Of a stretch of DNA of 64,000 nucleotides, positions 27,070 through 35,800 are shown one piece after another. The stretch comes from a virus (taxonomy: Duplodnaviria > Caudoviricetes), in the IMG/VR virus record IMGVR_UViG_3300011442_000009, positions 1 through 64,000 of that record; one strand, written 5' to 3'. The notes under the pieces are model-generated. The model did no database searches and had not been told where the DNA came from. It worked only from the letters and a program-made list of their open reading frames with translations. The position numbers were made by a program, and so were the translations under genes. Numbering within the stretch: position 1 is the first letter of the stretch; the number at the start of each line of letters is the position of its first letter.

Positions 27070-27688
27070 TCTGCTCTCCGTCGGAGCCTTTGCGTTGCAC
27101 GCGCTGATACGCCCCGGGAATGGAGAGGTTCGGCCGGACTTTCCCAAGGAAGCCGAGATCGCCGCGGAAAATACCTTCATCAAAGTGCTAGAGACTTTCG
27201 ACTCGATCCTCGAGGACCGAAGCCGGTGGAATCTGGACACCCAGCGCCACCTCGCAAAACGATTCGAGGACGCGCACACTCTCAATCTGAAATACCTCGA
27301 TGAGCAGGCCAAGTTCGCTGAGGAACTGAACACCCCCCATTTTCGTTTCAAGCCAAGTCTGATGCGCCTAAAGGATGGGCGCTTTTTGGCGATCATCGGC
27401 AACGTCGATGATCTCGACAACGCGCTCATTGGAGTCGGAGAGACCGCTGCAGAAGCGCTCTCGCAATTCGACCAGATCTTTAACCGGGGACTCCCGGCGG
27501 TCTTGGCGGAGCACCTCGCGAAACGTGAAGCGGCCCTCGAGGCTGGGCACGCACCGGAATCTTTCCCCATAATCCAAAAACAAAACACAGATACAAAACA
27601 TGAAGAACAAAAACCCGTGGTCGCCCGAAGAAACAAACAGACTCCTAAAGCTCCGAAGCGAAGGAAAAACCAATCAGGAAATAGCTGA
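26981..27688 (+). CDS. hypothetical protein with HicB-like C-terminal segment
   Basis: DGRFLAII...LIGVGETAAEALSQF resembles the HicB partial RNase H fold (GxGxTxEEA). Confidence 0.55.
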   Translation: MSEPQRPAKQPTSQLIFPNAEATTTNQLNNLLSVGAFALHALIRPGNGEVRPDFPKEAEIAAENTFIKVLETFDSILEDRSRWNLDTQRHLAKRFEDAHTLNLKYLDEQAKFAEELNTPHFRFKPSLMRLKDGRFLAIIGNVDDLDNALIGVGETAAEALSQFDQIFNRGLPAVLAEHLAKREAALEAGHAPESFPIIQKQNTDTKHEEQKPVVARRNKQTPKAPKRRKNQSGNS

Positions 27689-28877
27689 GGCTCTCGGACG
27701 ATCTTACCGGTCAGTCACTGGCAGGGTGCTGGGCCTTCCAAGCGCCGCACCGGCGACTCCCAAACCGTTGGAACACGAGCCCGACTACACGGCGGACCAA
27801 GAACGCGCCGCTGCGATGCACTGGCAGACCCGTTACAAACAACTCAAAGGCAAGTATGAAAAAATCCTCCATGAGAGCACTGTCATTGACTCTCTCGTTA
27901 CTGATATCCGGAGCCTCGCTCCCACCAGCTATTCCTCCGCACCGGCGGTTATCAAAAACCGCACCACGTCGGGAACTTCGCAGAGTGCCCTGCTACTGTT
28001 TTCCGACACCCACGTGGGGCAAACCATTTCGCCTGACCAGACTCTTGGCTTCGGGGAATATAATTTTTCGGTGTTCCTTTCTCGGCTCAAATACCTCGAA
28101 GAGTCGGTCATTTCCATACTTGAGAACCATACGACTACGAAGATCGACGAGCTCGTCATCGCAATGCTTGGAGATATGCTCCATGGAGCGCTTAACCACG
28201 GAGCAGAAGCAGACCAGCAGGTCACCCTCTTCGAACAGTATTACTCCGCCGGGCATGCTATCGCTCAGTTCTTCCGAAATCTCGCACCCCATGTTCCGGT
28301 CCTGAAAATTAAGACCGTCGTGGGAAACCACACCCGGTGGATGAATCAGCACAAAATGCCGGCGGGGAATCGATTCTCCAATCTCGATATGTTCCTCTAC
28401 GCCCTCACGGAGGCGCTCACGAGCGACATCAAAAACATCGAGTGGGACCTGAACAAGCAGCCCTTTTCGGTGTTCACAATTCAGGGGCATGTTATCCGCG
28501 CCAGCCACGGTGACCATCTCCGGGGAGGCGATAAATCTTTAGGTATCCCGAATCACGCAATCGCCCGAGAGATCTCGGCGACGACACAATTATTCGCTAA
28601 GCACGGGCAGCAAGCACCGCATCTATACGTCTGCGGACACCTCCACAGGTCGATTCAACTCCCGCACGCGCTGGGAGAAGTAATTGTGAACGGCGGATTC
28701 CCGGGTCTAGACGGGTATGCGCTGGCCGGTAATTTCAACCCCATAGATCCTACGCAACGTCTGCTCTTCGTGCACCCGAAATACGGCCGGACTGCCGAGT
28801 ATACCCTGTCTTTGAAGTTTGCTGAGAAATTCGAGGAACCCCCCTACGCCATTCCGGGTAATTTTGCTGCGGCATGA
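27600..28877 (+). CDS. calcineurin-like metallophosphoesterase with N-terminal HTH
   Basis: WSPEET...GKTNQEIAEALGRS HTH; SDTH, GDMLHG, GNH, HGD and GHLH motifs. Confidence 0.85.
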   Translation: MKNKNPWSPEETNRLLKLRSEGKTNQEIAEALGRSYRSVTGRVLGLPSAAPATPKPLEHEPDYTADQERAAAMHWQTRYKQLKGKYEKILHESTVIDSLVTDIRSLAPTSYSSAPAVIKNRTTSGTSQSALLLFSDTHVGQTISPDQTLGFGEYNFSVFLSRLKYLEESVISILENHTTTKIDELVIAMLGDMLHGALNHGAEADQQVTLFEQYYSAGHAIAQFFRNLAPHVPVLKIKTVVGNHTRWMNQHKMPAGNRFSNLDMFLYALTEALTSDIKNIEWDLNKQPFSVFTIQGHVIRASHGDHLRGGDKSLGIPNHAIAREISATTQLFAKHGQQAPHLYVCGHLHRSIQLPHALGEVIVNGGFPGLDGYALAGNFNPIDPTQRLLFVHPKYGRTAEYTLSLKFAEKFEEPPYAIPGNFAAA

Positions 28878-29392
28878 AAGAGATTCCGCTAACTCAAGGA
28901 AAAGTCGCATTAGTTGACGACGCTGATTTCGAGTTCCTCAATCAGTGGAAATGGTACGCCATGCTAAACAAACGGGTTTGGTATGCCGTACGAGACGTCC
29001 GGACTTCTGACGGGAGCCGGAGGCTCGAGCAGATGCACCAGATACTCATACCGTCGCCCCAAGTCGACCACCGAGATCACGACGGGTTAAATAATCAACG
29101 CGCCAATCTTCGAGCATGCTCGGTTCGCCAAAACGGGGCCAACAAACGGAGATGGTTATCAAAAACCACGAGCCGATTTAAAGGGGTATTTGAACGCAAA
29201 AACCGAAGAACTGGTGAGCCTAACGGTCAATACCGGGCACAGATACGCGTCGACTATAAACTGCATAATCTGGGGACATTTGGCACGGAATATGAAGCTG
29301 CTCAGGTGTATGATGCCGCCGCAAAGGAGCATTTTGGGGAATTCGCCCACCTCAATTTTCCTGAAAATAGTTCTTGCACTTTGACCGGCTAG
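28874..29392 (+). CDS. HNH-AP2 homing endonuclease
   Basis: VDHRDHDGLNNQRANLR..S..QNGAN plus AP2 domain (YRAQI...LGTF..E.EAA..YD.AA...FGEFA.LNF). Confidence 0.9.
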   Translation: MKEIPLTQGKVALVDDADFEFLNQWKWYAMLNKRVWYAVRDVRTSDGSRRLEQMHQILIPSPQVDHRDHDGLNNQRANLRACSVRQNGANKRRWLSKTTSRFKGVFERKNRRTGEPNGQYRAQIRVDYKLHNLGTFGTEYEAAQVYDAAAKEHFGEFAHLNFPENSSCTLTG

Positions 29393-29402
29393 GCCCCATA
29401 CT
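29374..29402 (+). promoter_or_regulatory. putative sigma70-type promoter TTGCAC-N17-CATACT (leaderless uvrD-like gene)
   Basis: 17-nt spacing, upstream AAAATAGTTC, ATG 6 nt downstream. Confidence 0.5.
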
Positions 29403-29408
29403 GGGGGC

Positions 29409-31214
29409 ATGATAAACAATATCGATTCGTTAGTAGCTTGGTCGCAGCCGGTGCTCGTGAATACGGTCCGGGGTACCCGGAACCTCTCAGTAGCCTCTCC
29501 CAATTCCTCATTCTGGCGTCTCTGGAACAGCAGCAAGCGAGAATTGCAGGACGCCGGGATCTCCTGCCGCAAGGACGGCAGTGGACAATGGGAAGTTTGC
29601 CGTTGGCAGGACGCCTCCGCGCCAGTAGTTCCCGAGCCGAAGTATCCCGCCGGTGCCCACGTCGCCCCGGTTGCCGCTCCCTGTGACCACAAATTTGTGG
29701 ACAGCAACAAATGCCTCAAGTGCGACTGGGAAGCTCCTGCCAAATCCGAGCGCGTTTGGTCCGACGAGCAGAACGCCATTTTCGCCCATTTCAAAGGCGT
29801 CCAACGCAACGCAGTGGTTCGTGCCCGCGCCGGAACGGGCAAAACCACCACGATCAAAGCGGCATTCGCGCACGCCCCGGAAGAGTCGATGCTTTACGCG
29901 GTGTTCAACAAGAAAAATCAGGTCGAAGCCGAATCCGCGATTCGCGACCCCCGTGTCGACATCAAGACCCTCCACGGCCTCGGTTACATGTTCATTCGCC
30001 AGATGTGGCCCTACGCGAAGCCTGACGACTCTGTCGAAAAGGAGCGCATCGTTAAAGCTTGCGGCCAGCAGGCCCCGGACGCCGCAGTCGCTGCGGTTGC
30101 CCGCCTTGTGGGTTTCGCCAAGAACATTTTCGTCTCTCCCTCCGCCGCAGACTTGATTGAGCTCTGCGAGGACCGCGGGATTGACTGTCAGGATTTCGAA
30201 GATCTCGGCTGGGTAGTTTCCAAGCTCGCCGCATGCGCGCTGGAAGTTCTCGAGCTGTCCAAGGTGCAGGACCCGGCTGGCCGCATTTCTTTCAACGACA
30301 TGGTTTGGCTCCCGGTCGCTATGTCTTGGGTGCACGCGTGGTATGAGCTCGTGGTTATCGACGAGGCGCAGGACATGAACCTTCCCCAGCTCATTATGGC
30401 CCGCAAAGCCTGCCACGAAGGCGGACGGGTTATCGTAGTGGGCGACGACCGCCAAGCGATTTACGGTTTTCGCGGTGCGGCGCAGGACGGGATGAATCTC
30501 ATGGTGAAAGAGCTGAACGCCGTCGAGCTGAGCCTCACCATCACCTACCGTTGCCCGAAAAAAGTGGTTGCTCTCGCCGCTCAGCTCGTGCCCGATTATC
30601 GCGCCGCGGATGCCGCTCCTGAAGGCGAAATCAGCTACATGGGTTCTAACGCCCTTCCGAAGTCCGTGCAGGTCGGTGACGCCATCCTGAGCCGGGCCAA
30701 TGCCCCGCTGATGCCCATCTGCCTCGCACTCCTCCGCGCCGGAGTCCCTGCCCGCATCGAAGGCCGCGAGATTGGCAAACAGCTCCTCGGCATCGTCCGC
30801 AGCCTCAAAGCGAAAACGGTTCCCAACTTCCTTTTCAAGCTCAACGCTTGGGGCCAGAAGCAACGCAACCGCATCAAACAGTCAGAGCATGCGGAAGCTC
30901 GCATCGGCGTCATCGACGACCAAGTCGCGGTGCTCGTGGCAGTCGCGGAAGGCGTCTCCGGCGTGTCTGAAATCGAAGCGCGTATCTCGGAGCTCTTTCA
31001 GGACTCCAACGGCTTTGCAAAGCCTGCAGTGGTCCTGAGCTCGGTCCACAAAGCGAAGGGTCTCGAGTGGAATAAAGTTCACCTCCTCTCAAAGACCTTC
31101 AAGCCCGGCGCTGAGGGCGAAGAGGCCAACATTTTCTACGTGGCACTCACACGCGCCAAAAAGTCGCTGGTGTTCGTCTCCGACGAGCGCCCTGAAGATG
31201 AGGAGGGAATATGA
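29409..31214 (+). CDS. UvrD/Rep family SF1 helicase
   Basis: ARAGTGKT, IDEAQD, GDDRQAIYGFRGA, SVHKAKGLEW and YVALTRAK. Confidence 0.95.
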   Translation: MINNIDSLVAWSQPVLVNTVRGTRNLSVASPNSSFWRLWNSSKRELQDAGISCRKDGSGQWEVCRWQDASAPVVPEPKYPAGAHVAPVAAPCDHKFVDSNKCLKCDWEAPAKSERVWSDEQNAIFAHFKGVQRNAVVRARAGTGKTTTIKAAFAHAPEESMLYAVFNKKNQVEAESAIRDPRVDIKTLHGLGYMFIRQMWPYAKPDDSVEKERIVKACGQQAPDAAVAAVARLVGFAKNIFVSPSAADLIELCEDRGIDCQDFEDLGWVVSKLAACALEVLELSKVQDPAGRISFNDMVWLPVAMSWVHAWYELVVIDEAQDMNLPQLIMARKACHEGGRVIVVGDDRQAIYGFRGAAQDGMNLMVKELNAVELSLTITYRCPKKVVALAAQLVPDYRAADAAPEGEISYMGSNALPKSVQVGDAILSRANAPLMPICLALLRAGVPARIEGREIGKQLLGIVRSLKAKTVPNFLFKLNAWGQKQRNRIKQSEHAEARIGVIDDQVAVLVAVAEGVSGVSEIEARISELFQDSNGFAKPAVVLSSVHKAKGLEWNKVHLLSKTFKPGAEGEEANIFYVALTRAKKSLVFVSDERPEDEEGI

Positions 31215-31804
31215 TGCTAGATAAGATAATCAGTCCGGAGCTGGCCTTTCTGGCCAGCACGGACGCCCGGCTACCGATACCCGAAAACTGGAAGCCGATA
31301 CCCGAGGTGGACGGTTACGAAATCAGCGACTTGGGTCGGCTACGGTCGATTAACAGGATCGTCGAAACCTCAGACGGCCGGTCCTGCTTCTATCGCGGAC
31401 GGGTTCGAAAACTTGCTGTGATGCCTTCGGGGGAGGTGCGAATGACAAATTTGACTGTGAGTGGGGTACCCCATTCGGTAGGTATCGCTGCGACAGTTCT
31501 CACGGCGTTCGTGGGACCGGTGCCTCACCCGGGATGGTGGGCCTCCCACAAGTCGGAGAACTGGTTGGATAACCGTGTCACGAACCTCCAGTGGGCCTCG
31601 AGAGCCTCGGTCATCCAAGCGTCTATTTTGAACCAGACGAGCAATATCACGAAGCTCTCGGTAACTGACGTGCACGACATCCGGGAGCTCTATAAGATCG
31701 GTGTTTCGAAGGCGGAGATAGCTGCGCATTACCGGGTCCACTACGATCACATCACCAACATTCTTTCAGGAGCCCGGTGGGGTTTCCTCCCGGCGAGATC
31801 TTAA
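31211..31804 (+). CDS. NUMOD4-HNH homing endonuclease (HNH motif partly degenerate)
   Basis: WKPIPEVDGYEISDLGRLRS (NUMOD4); HKSENWLDNRVTNLQWAS lacks the usual final Asn/His. Confidence 0.75.
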   Translation: MMLDKIISPELAFLASTDARLPIPENWKPIPEVDGYEISDLGRLRSINRIVETSDGRSCFYRGRVRKLAVMPSGEVRMTNLTVSGVPHSVGIAATVLTAFVGPVPHPGWWASHKSENWLDNRVTNLQWASRASVIQASILNQTSNITKLSVTDVHDIRELYKIGVSKAEIAAHYRVHYDHITNILSGARWGFLPARS

Positions 31805-31806
31805 AA

Positions 31807-31946
31807 TGCGAGGCGGGTCTACAGGAGAGACCCGCCGGTGCCCGCGTGGGATGTTTATCATCCGTTTACGGCCCACGCAGCCGCTTGTTGTGGCAAGGGT
31901 CATTAGCCCGGTGTCCCCGGCTCAGTCCGGGGTGACCCGCCTCGCA
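31807..31946. ncRNA. candidate structured RNA (unclassified)
   Basis: Perfect 13-bp terminal pairing 31807-31819/31934-31946, internal hairpins, a competing helix and a tRNA-like minihelix; followed by cctttttc. Confidence 0.45.
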
Positions 31947-31960
31947 CCTTTTTCTAAATA

Positions 31961-31990
31961 AAGAACCCGGCCACTTGGCCGGGTTTTTCC
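31961..31990. terminator. bidirectional rho-independent terminator between convergent arms
   Basis: aacccggcc-actt-ggccgggtt with A-rich 5' flank and T-rich 3' flank. Confidence 0.8.
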
Positions 31991-32018
31991 TTTGGTAGCG
32001 AAGGACCGTCGGAAAGCT

Positions 32019-32732
32019 TTACACAATTGGTTTGGTGATCGCGTTTAAGATCGCACCTTGCCCCGGGGCGGTCCCGGCGGTCGGCGCGGTCGGAGCCATA
32101 TTCGAAACTCTCGCACCGGCGACTCGGCGTTGCGCGCTGGAGCTCATTGGCGCGACGTTTGGCGCTCCACGCCCCAACGGCGTTGGTGCACCGCTAATCC
32201 TGTCAGCAAGGGCCTGTTGCGTTGCAGACTGAGGCGCTATAGCGGCACTTCTGGCCCTCGCTGGGGTCAGGGGGGCATCGCCAGCATGAAGTATGGGGTG
32301 CGCCGGTCCGGATTTCGCCACCGCGTGGTTCACGGCATCGAAGTCAGGAGCTATGAGATTCAGTTTCCCAGCCTTGTCGGCCGCAGCGAGATCCTCCGGG
32401 TGGATGTGGAGCGCGTTATAGAGCACGCCACGTTCGCCAGAGAGGGTCTTGTACGTCCGGAAACCGGCCTCTGAGAGGTATCCGGCGTTATCTTCTGCCA
32501 CTTTGCGCTCCTCGCGGTCCGACTTGTTGGAGAGGTCATAGGACACCGCAGGAGGGCTCCCAGCGAAGAGAGCCTGAAAAGCAGGTATCTTGAGAAGCTC
32601 CGGGGGAGGCGCGGCACCCTCTTCGGCCGGGAGGGCCTCTTCAGGTATCGGAGCGGGCTGTTCGGCCATAGGGTCGACCGGGGGAGCCATTGGGGCTGCT
32701 TCCGGCAAAGGTGTAACAAGTGGTTCAGGCAT
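32019..32732 (-). CDS. hypothetical Pro/Ala-rich late protein
   Basis: ORF 32019..32741; ATG 32732 lies 7 nt after CGACTGT. Confidence 0.7.
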   Translation of the reverse strand: MPEPLVTPLPEAAPMAPPVDPMAEQPAPIPEEALPAEEGAAPPPELLKIPAFQALFAGSPPAVSYDLSNKSDREERKVAEDNAGYLSEAGFRTYKTLSGERGVLYNALHIHPEDLAAADKAGKLNLIAPDFDAVNHAVAKSGPAHPILHAGDAPLTPARARSAAIAPQSATQQALADRISGAPTPLGRGAPNVAPMSSSAQRRVAGARVSNMAPTAPTAGTAPGQGAILNAITKPIV

Positions 32733-32739
32733 ACTCAAC

Positions 32740-32768
32740 ACAGTCGTGGCTAATCGCGTTCTTCGCGA
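32740..32768 (-). promoter_or_regulatory. putative late promoter TCGCGA-N16-CGACTGT
   Basis: Motif family member with a weaker upstream hexamer. Confidence 0.45.
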
Positions 32769-32896
32769 GGCCGAACAAGCGGCTTTTCATCTTCCTCGAG
32801 GATCTTGTCCACTTCATCCCAAAAGGAATCCCTGTGGACGTCATCGCTCGCCAGCCGGGCAAGACGAGTCAATTCAACTTTTTCGCTATCTTTCAT
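32750..32896 (-). CDS. small acidic protein (48 aa)
   Basis: Read manually: MKDSEKVELTRLARLASDDVHRDSFWDEVDKILEE...; ATGA overlap with the giant gene. Confidence 0.5.
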   Translation of the reverse strand: MKDSEKVELTRLARLASDDVHRDSFWDEVDKILEEDEKPLVRPREERD

Positions 32897-35800
32897 TTTT
32901 CGGGTCTCTTCGTTATTTTGTCGGCAAGGCGTTCTGCGATGCCTTCTCGAATCATACCAGCTTTTTTGAGCTCAGTCAAGTAGGATCCGAGATCCAACCG
33001 GCTCCAGTTACGGTCGGCCCAAAGCTTCTTCTCGGCAAACCAGAGACCACCTTGGAGTGCGTCCGGGAGCACGCCCAGCTGCTCAGCGGCGTCCGCAAAA
33101 GCTTTCTGTGAAAAGAAAAAGTCTGGGTCAGTCACGGCGGCTTCGTTGCCCGGCAGAATCCGCCAGCGGTCCTGAAAACCCTCGTATCCCAACCGGCGCA
33201 TGGTGCGCTGAGCCCAGACGTCAATCGTCGCGCCGTGTCCGGTTCCCACGAGGTTCTGGATGAAGTTCGAGACCTTCGGGCCTTCGACGTTCTGGAGCCA
33301 AGCGCGCGCCAAAACTTTCAACACGTGTGTCGAGTGCATCCCGTAAAGTTTGTCATTGCTCTTGCGGGGCTGGAGATCGTGCTCCTTGATCCACTGCGCC
33401 ATAAAGGCGGGCTCAGTGGCTGCGCGCTTGCCTTTCACTTTCTTCGCGGCGAGCTGTTCGTCGTACCAAGTTTTCCAGCTACCATCCTCGAGCATCCGGG
33501 AGCCTTCCAGAAATTTCTGGATCTTCTCGTCGAACTGACCGGCCTTGAAGCCTTCGAGGGCCTCCATCGCGAGCTGGAAATTCTCCAGAGGTTTATTCCG
33601 AGGACTCGTCGCCGCGAGTAGCTCAGCAAATATCTGAGCGTGCTCACCGAATTCCGCATTCAGCTTCGGCACGAAGTCGGAGTACCATTTGAGACCCTCC
33701 TTAAACGCATCTGAGTCGAAGTATTGCTTTGCAAATTCCACGAGCTTATCCGAAAACGCTTTGATCGCGGCTTCCTCGGACCCGGCCTTTTTCGCGAGAG
33801 GAGAATTTTTGATGTCGGAGCGTATCACGGCATCTGCCGTCTTCGGTTCCACGGATTCAGGATACACACGGGCCTTCTGGGCGCGCGTGAGTTGCTTGGT
33901 GATTGTGGACGGTAGCGGCTTGCCAGTCTTGAAGTACTCGGCAGCCTTTTCCTCGGTAGCGGCGTCCGGTATGAGAGGAGGTTCGCCCTTCAAAAGAGGC
34001 TTGAGTGCGTCGTGTGCGTCGCGATAGTCAGTGATCGCGGTCTCGCCGGTGCCGCCAGTTTTTACTTCCTCGCCCAGCACAGGATCCCAGATCGAAACTT
34101 GATTGTTTCGCTCCGCGAAGTCGACGGAATTTTCACGATGCTTCTGAGAGGGTAACGCATTGACGTCCACGCTAACGCGGTTGCCATCGGGCATAGCGAA
34201 AACTCCGAGTGCGGTGCCCTTCTCGTCCAGAATTCTGCCGTAGTCGCCAAGGGCTTTGATCACGTTCTCGCGTGTGAGCTCCTCCTTCGGGAGGTTGACG
34301 CTGGCGAGTGTCACGACGTCCGTAGGAGACTTCTTGCTGACGGTCCAGACGGTGCCGTCCTTGTTGAACGTTTGCCCAAAGTTTGCGCCGGTGCGGACCT
34401 TCTCGAGCTCCGCATCGAATTCTTTGGACTTGTAGCCGGGCGTGAACTGAACGCTTGGTTCCCGAGTTACTCGCCGCTTTCCGCCAACGTCCGAGATCAC
34501 TCCATAGCCGTTTGTTTCGGCAACGTCAGAGATCGCCTTTTCCTGAGCGGGAGTTAGATCCCCTTTGGAGACGTACAAGTGGTCATCCTCACGGATCACT
34601 CGAGCCCAGCCTTTGCTGGTTTCCAAAACTCGCTGATTCGGATTAGTCTCCCGGGCACTCTCCGGCTGGGCCTCTTTCCCAAGGAGCTCGCGGGCGGTCG
34701 TTTCGTGATCTTCCGCGACGGTCTTCCAGTTGCCGGAGCGATCCAAATAGAACTTGTCTTCCCGCTTGTCGAATTCTCCCGGAGAAAACTGTGCACGGTC
34801 CCGGGTCAGAGCCCCGGACGTAGCCTGCGCGCTCATTTCAGTGGTCTCCTTCGGAGCGGAAATGAGCGGGAGATTGTCCAGTTTCTCGTGCTCGTCGTAC
34901 GTGAAGAGCTGTACGCCTTCAGACTCCACCGTGCGTTTAGCTTTGTCGTCAAGCAGATGCACATCCATGTTGTCGATCTTGCCGAGGTTTGTTTTCACAA
35001 ACTCTTTGATGTGTGGCGCGAGATTCTCCCAATCCCGCTGGCGCGCCTCGACGGTCAACGTGCCGTTGTTCTTGGAGTAGTTGATCCGGGCAAAACCTTT
35101 TTGGAGGGCCTCGAGGCGATTGTCTTCGCCCTTGCTCTTAACCTTCAAGCCATACTTGCTGATGACGTCGGCGTTCTCGTTCAAGTAGTCGTGGTGCCAT
35201 TGGTCCCCGAGCTGCGCCATCTTGCCGTCAGGGAAGAGCCACGCCTTCGAAAAGGTGCCGCGCCCTTCTTTCAGTTTGTAATCGGGTTTTGATTTGCGCT
35301 CTTTGCCGCCAGCCATGAATTGGATCCGGGAGTCCCCGGCGCTGAACGTGCCCCGGTTCTCCACAGCTTTAACTTGGTCACCTCTGAATGCTATGTAATG
35401 GTCGGTGTTCGGCGCGAGAGCCATCCCGCGAAAACGCTTTTCGACGTTCGTCATTTTTATACCGTCGAATCCCATGGCTTCCATCGTCCGGCGAGCCAGT
35501 TCGCTACCCATCAGGTGTCCATCATATACGTCGAGGATCGCCTCGCTGTTCCCAATAGCGTGAATAGCGTCCTCGGCCGTAATTGATTCTCCGTCGAACT
35601 TTTCGATAACGTCTTCCCAGACCCTTTGGCCGTCTACGTCGAGTTTCTCGGCCTCTGCCAAAAGCGCATCATGAAGCTTTATGACCAATCCCGACTCGTT
35701 TCCATCTTCGTCGTACTTGAGTTCGAAACGAGTACCACCCTTCTTATCCATCACGACGGGATTCTCGAGCTTCAGAAAGGCCGATATCACTCGAGGAGAC

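Noticed and set aside
29508-30863. Long antisense ORFs (e.g. 29508..30863, 255..1079, 41249..42079, 57265..58254, 25047..25616)
   Set aside because: They shadow genes with clear motifs on the opposite strand and have no motifs of their own; this is typical of GC3-biased coding sequence.
31897-31941. Functional tRNA gene
   Set aside because: It lacks D-arm and anticodon arm and has a 6-nt T-loop; kept only as a tRNA-like element within the ncRNA candidate.
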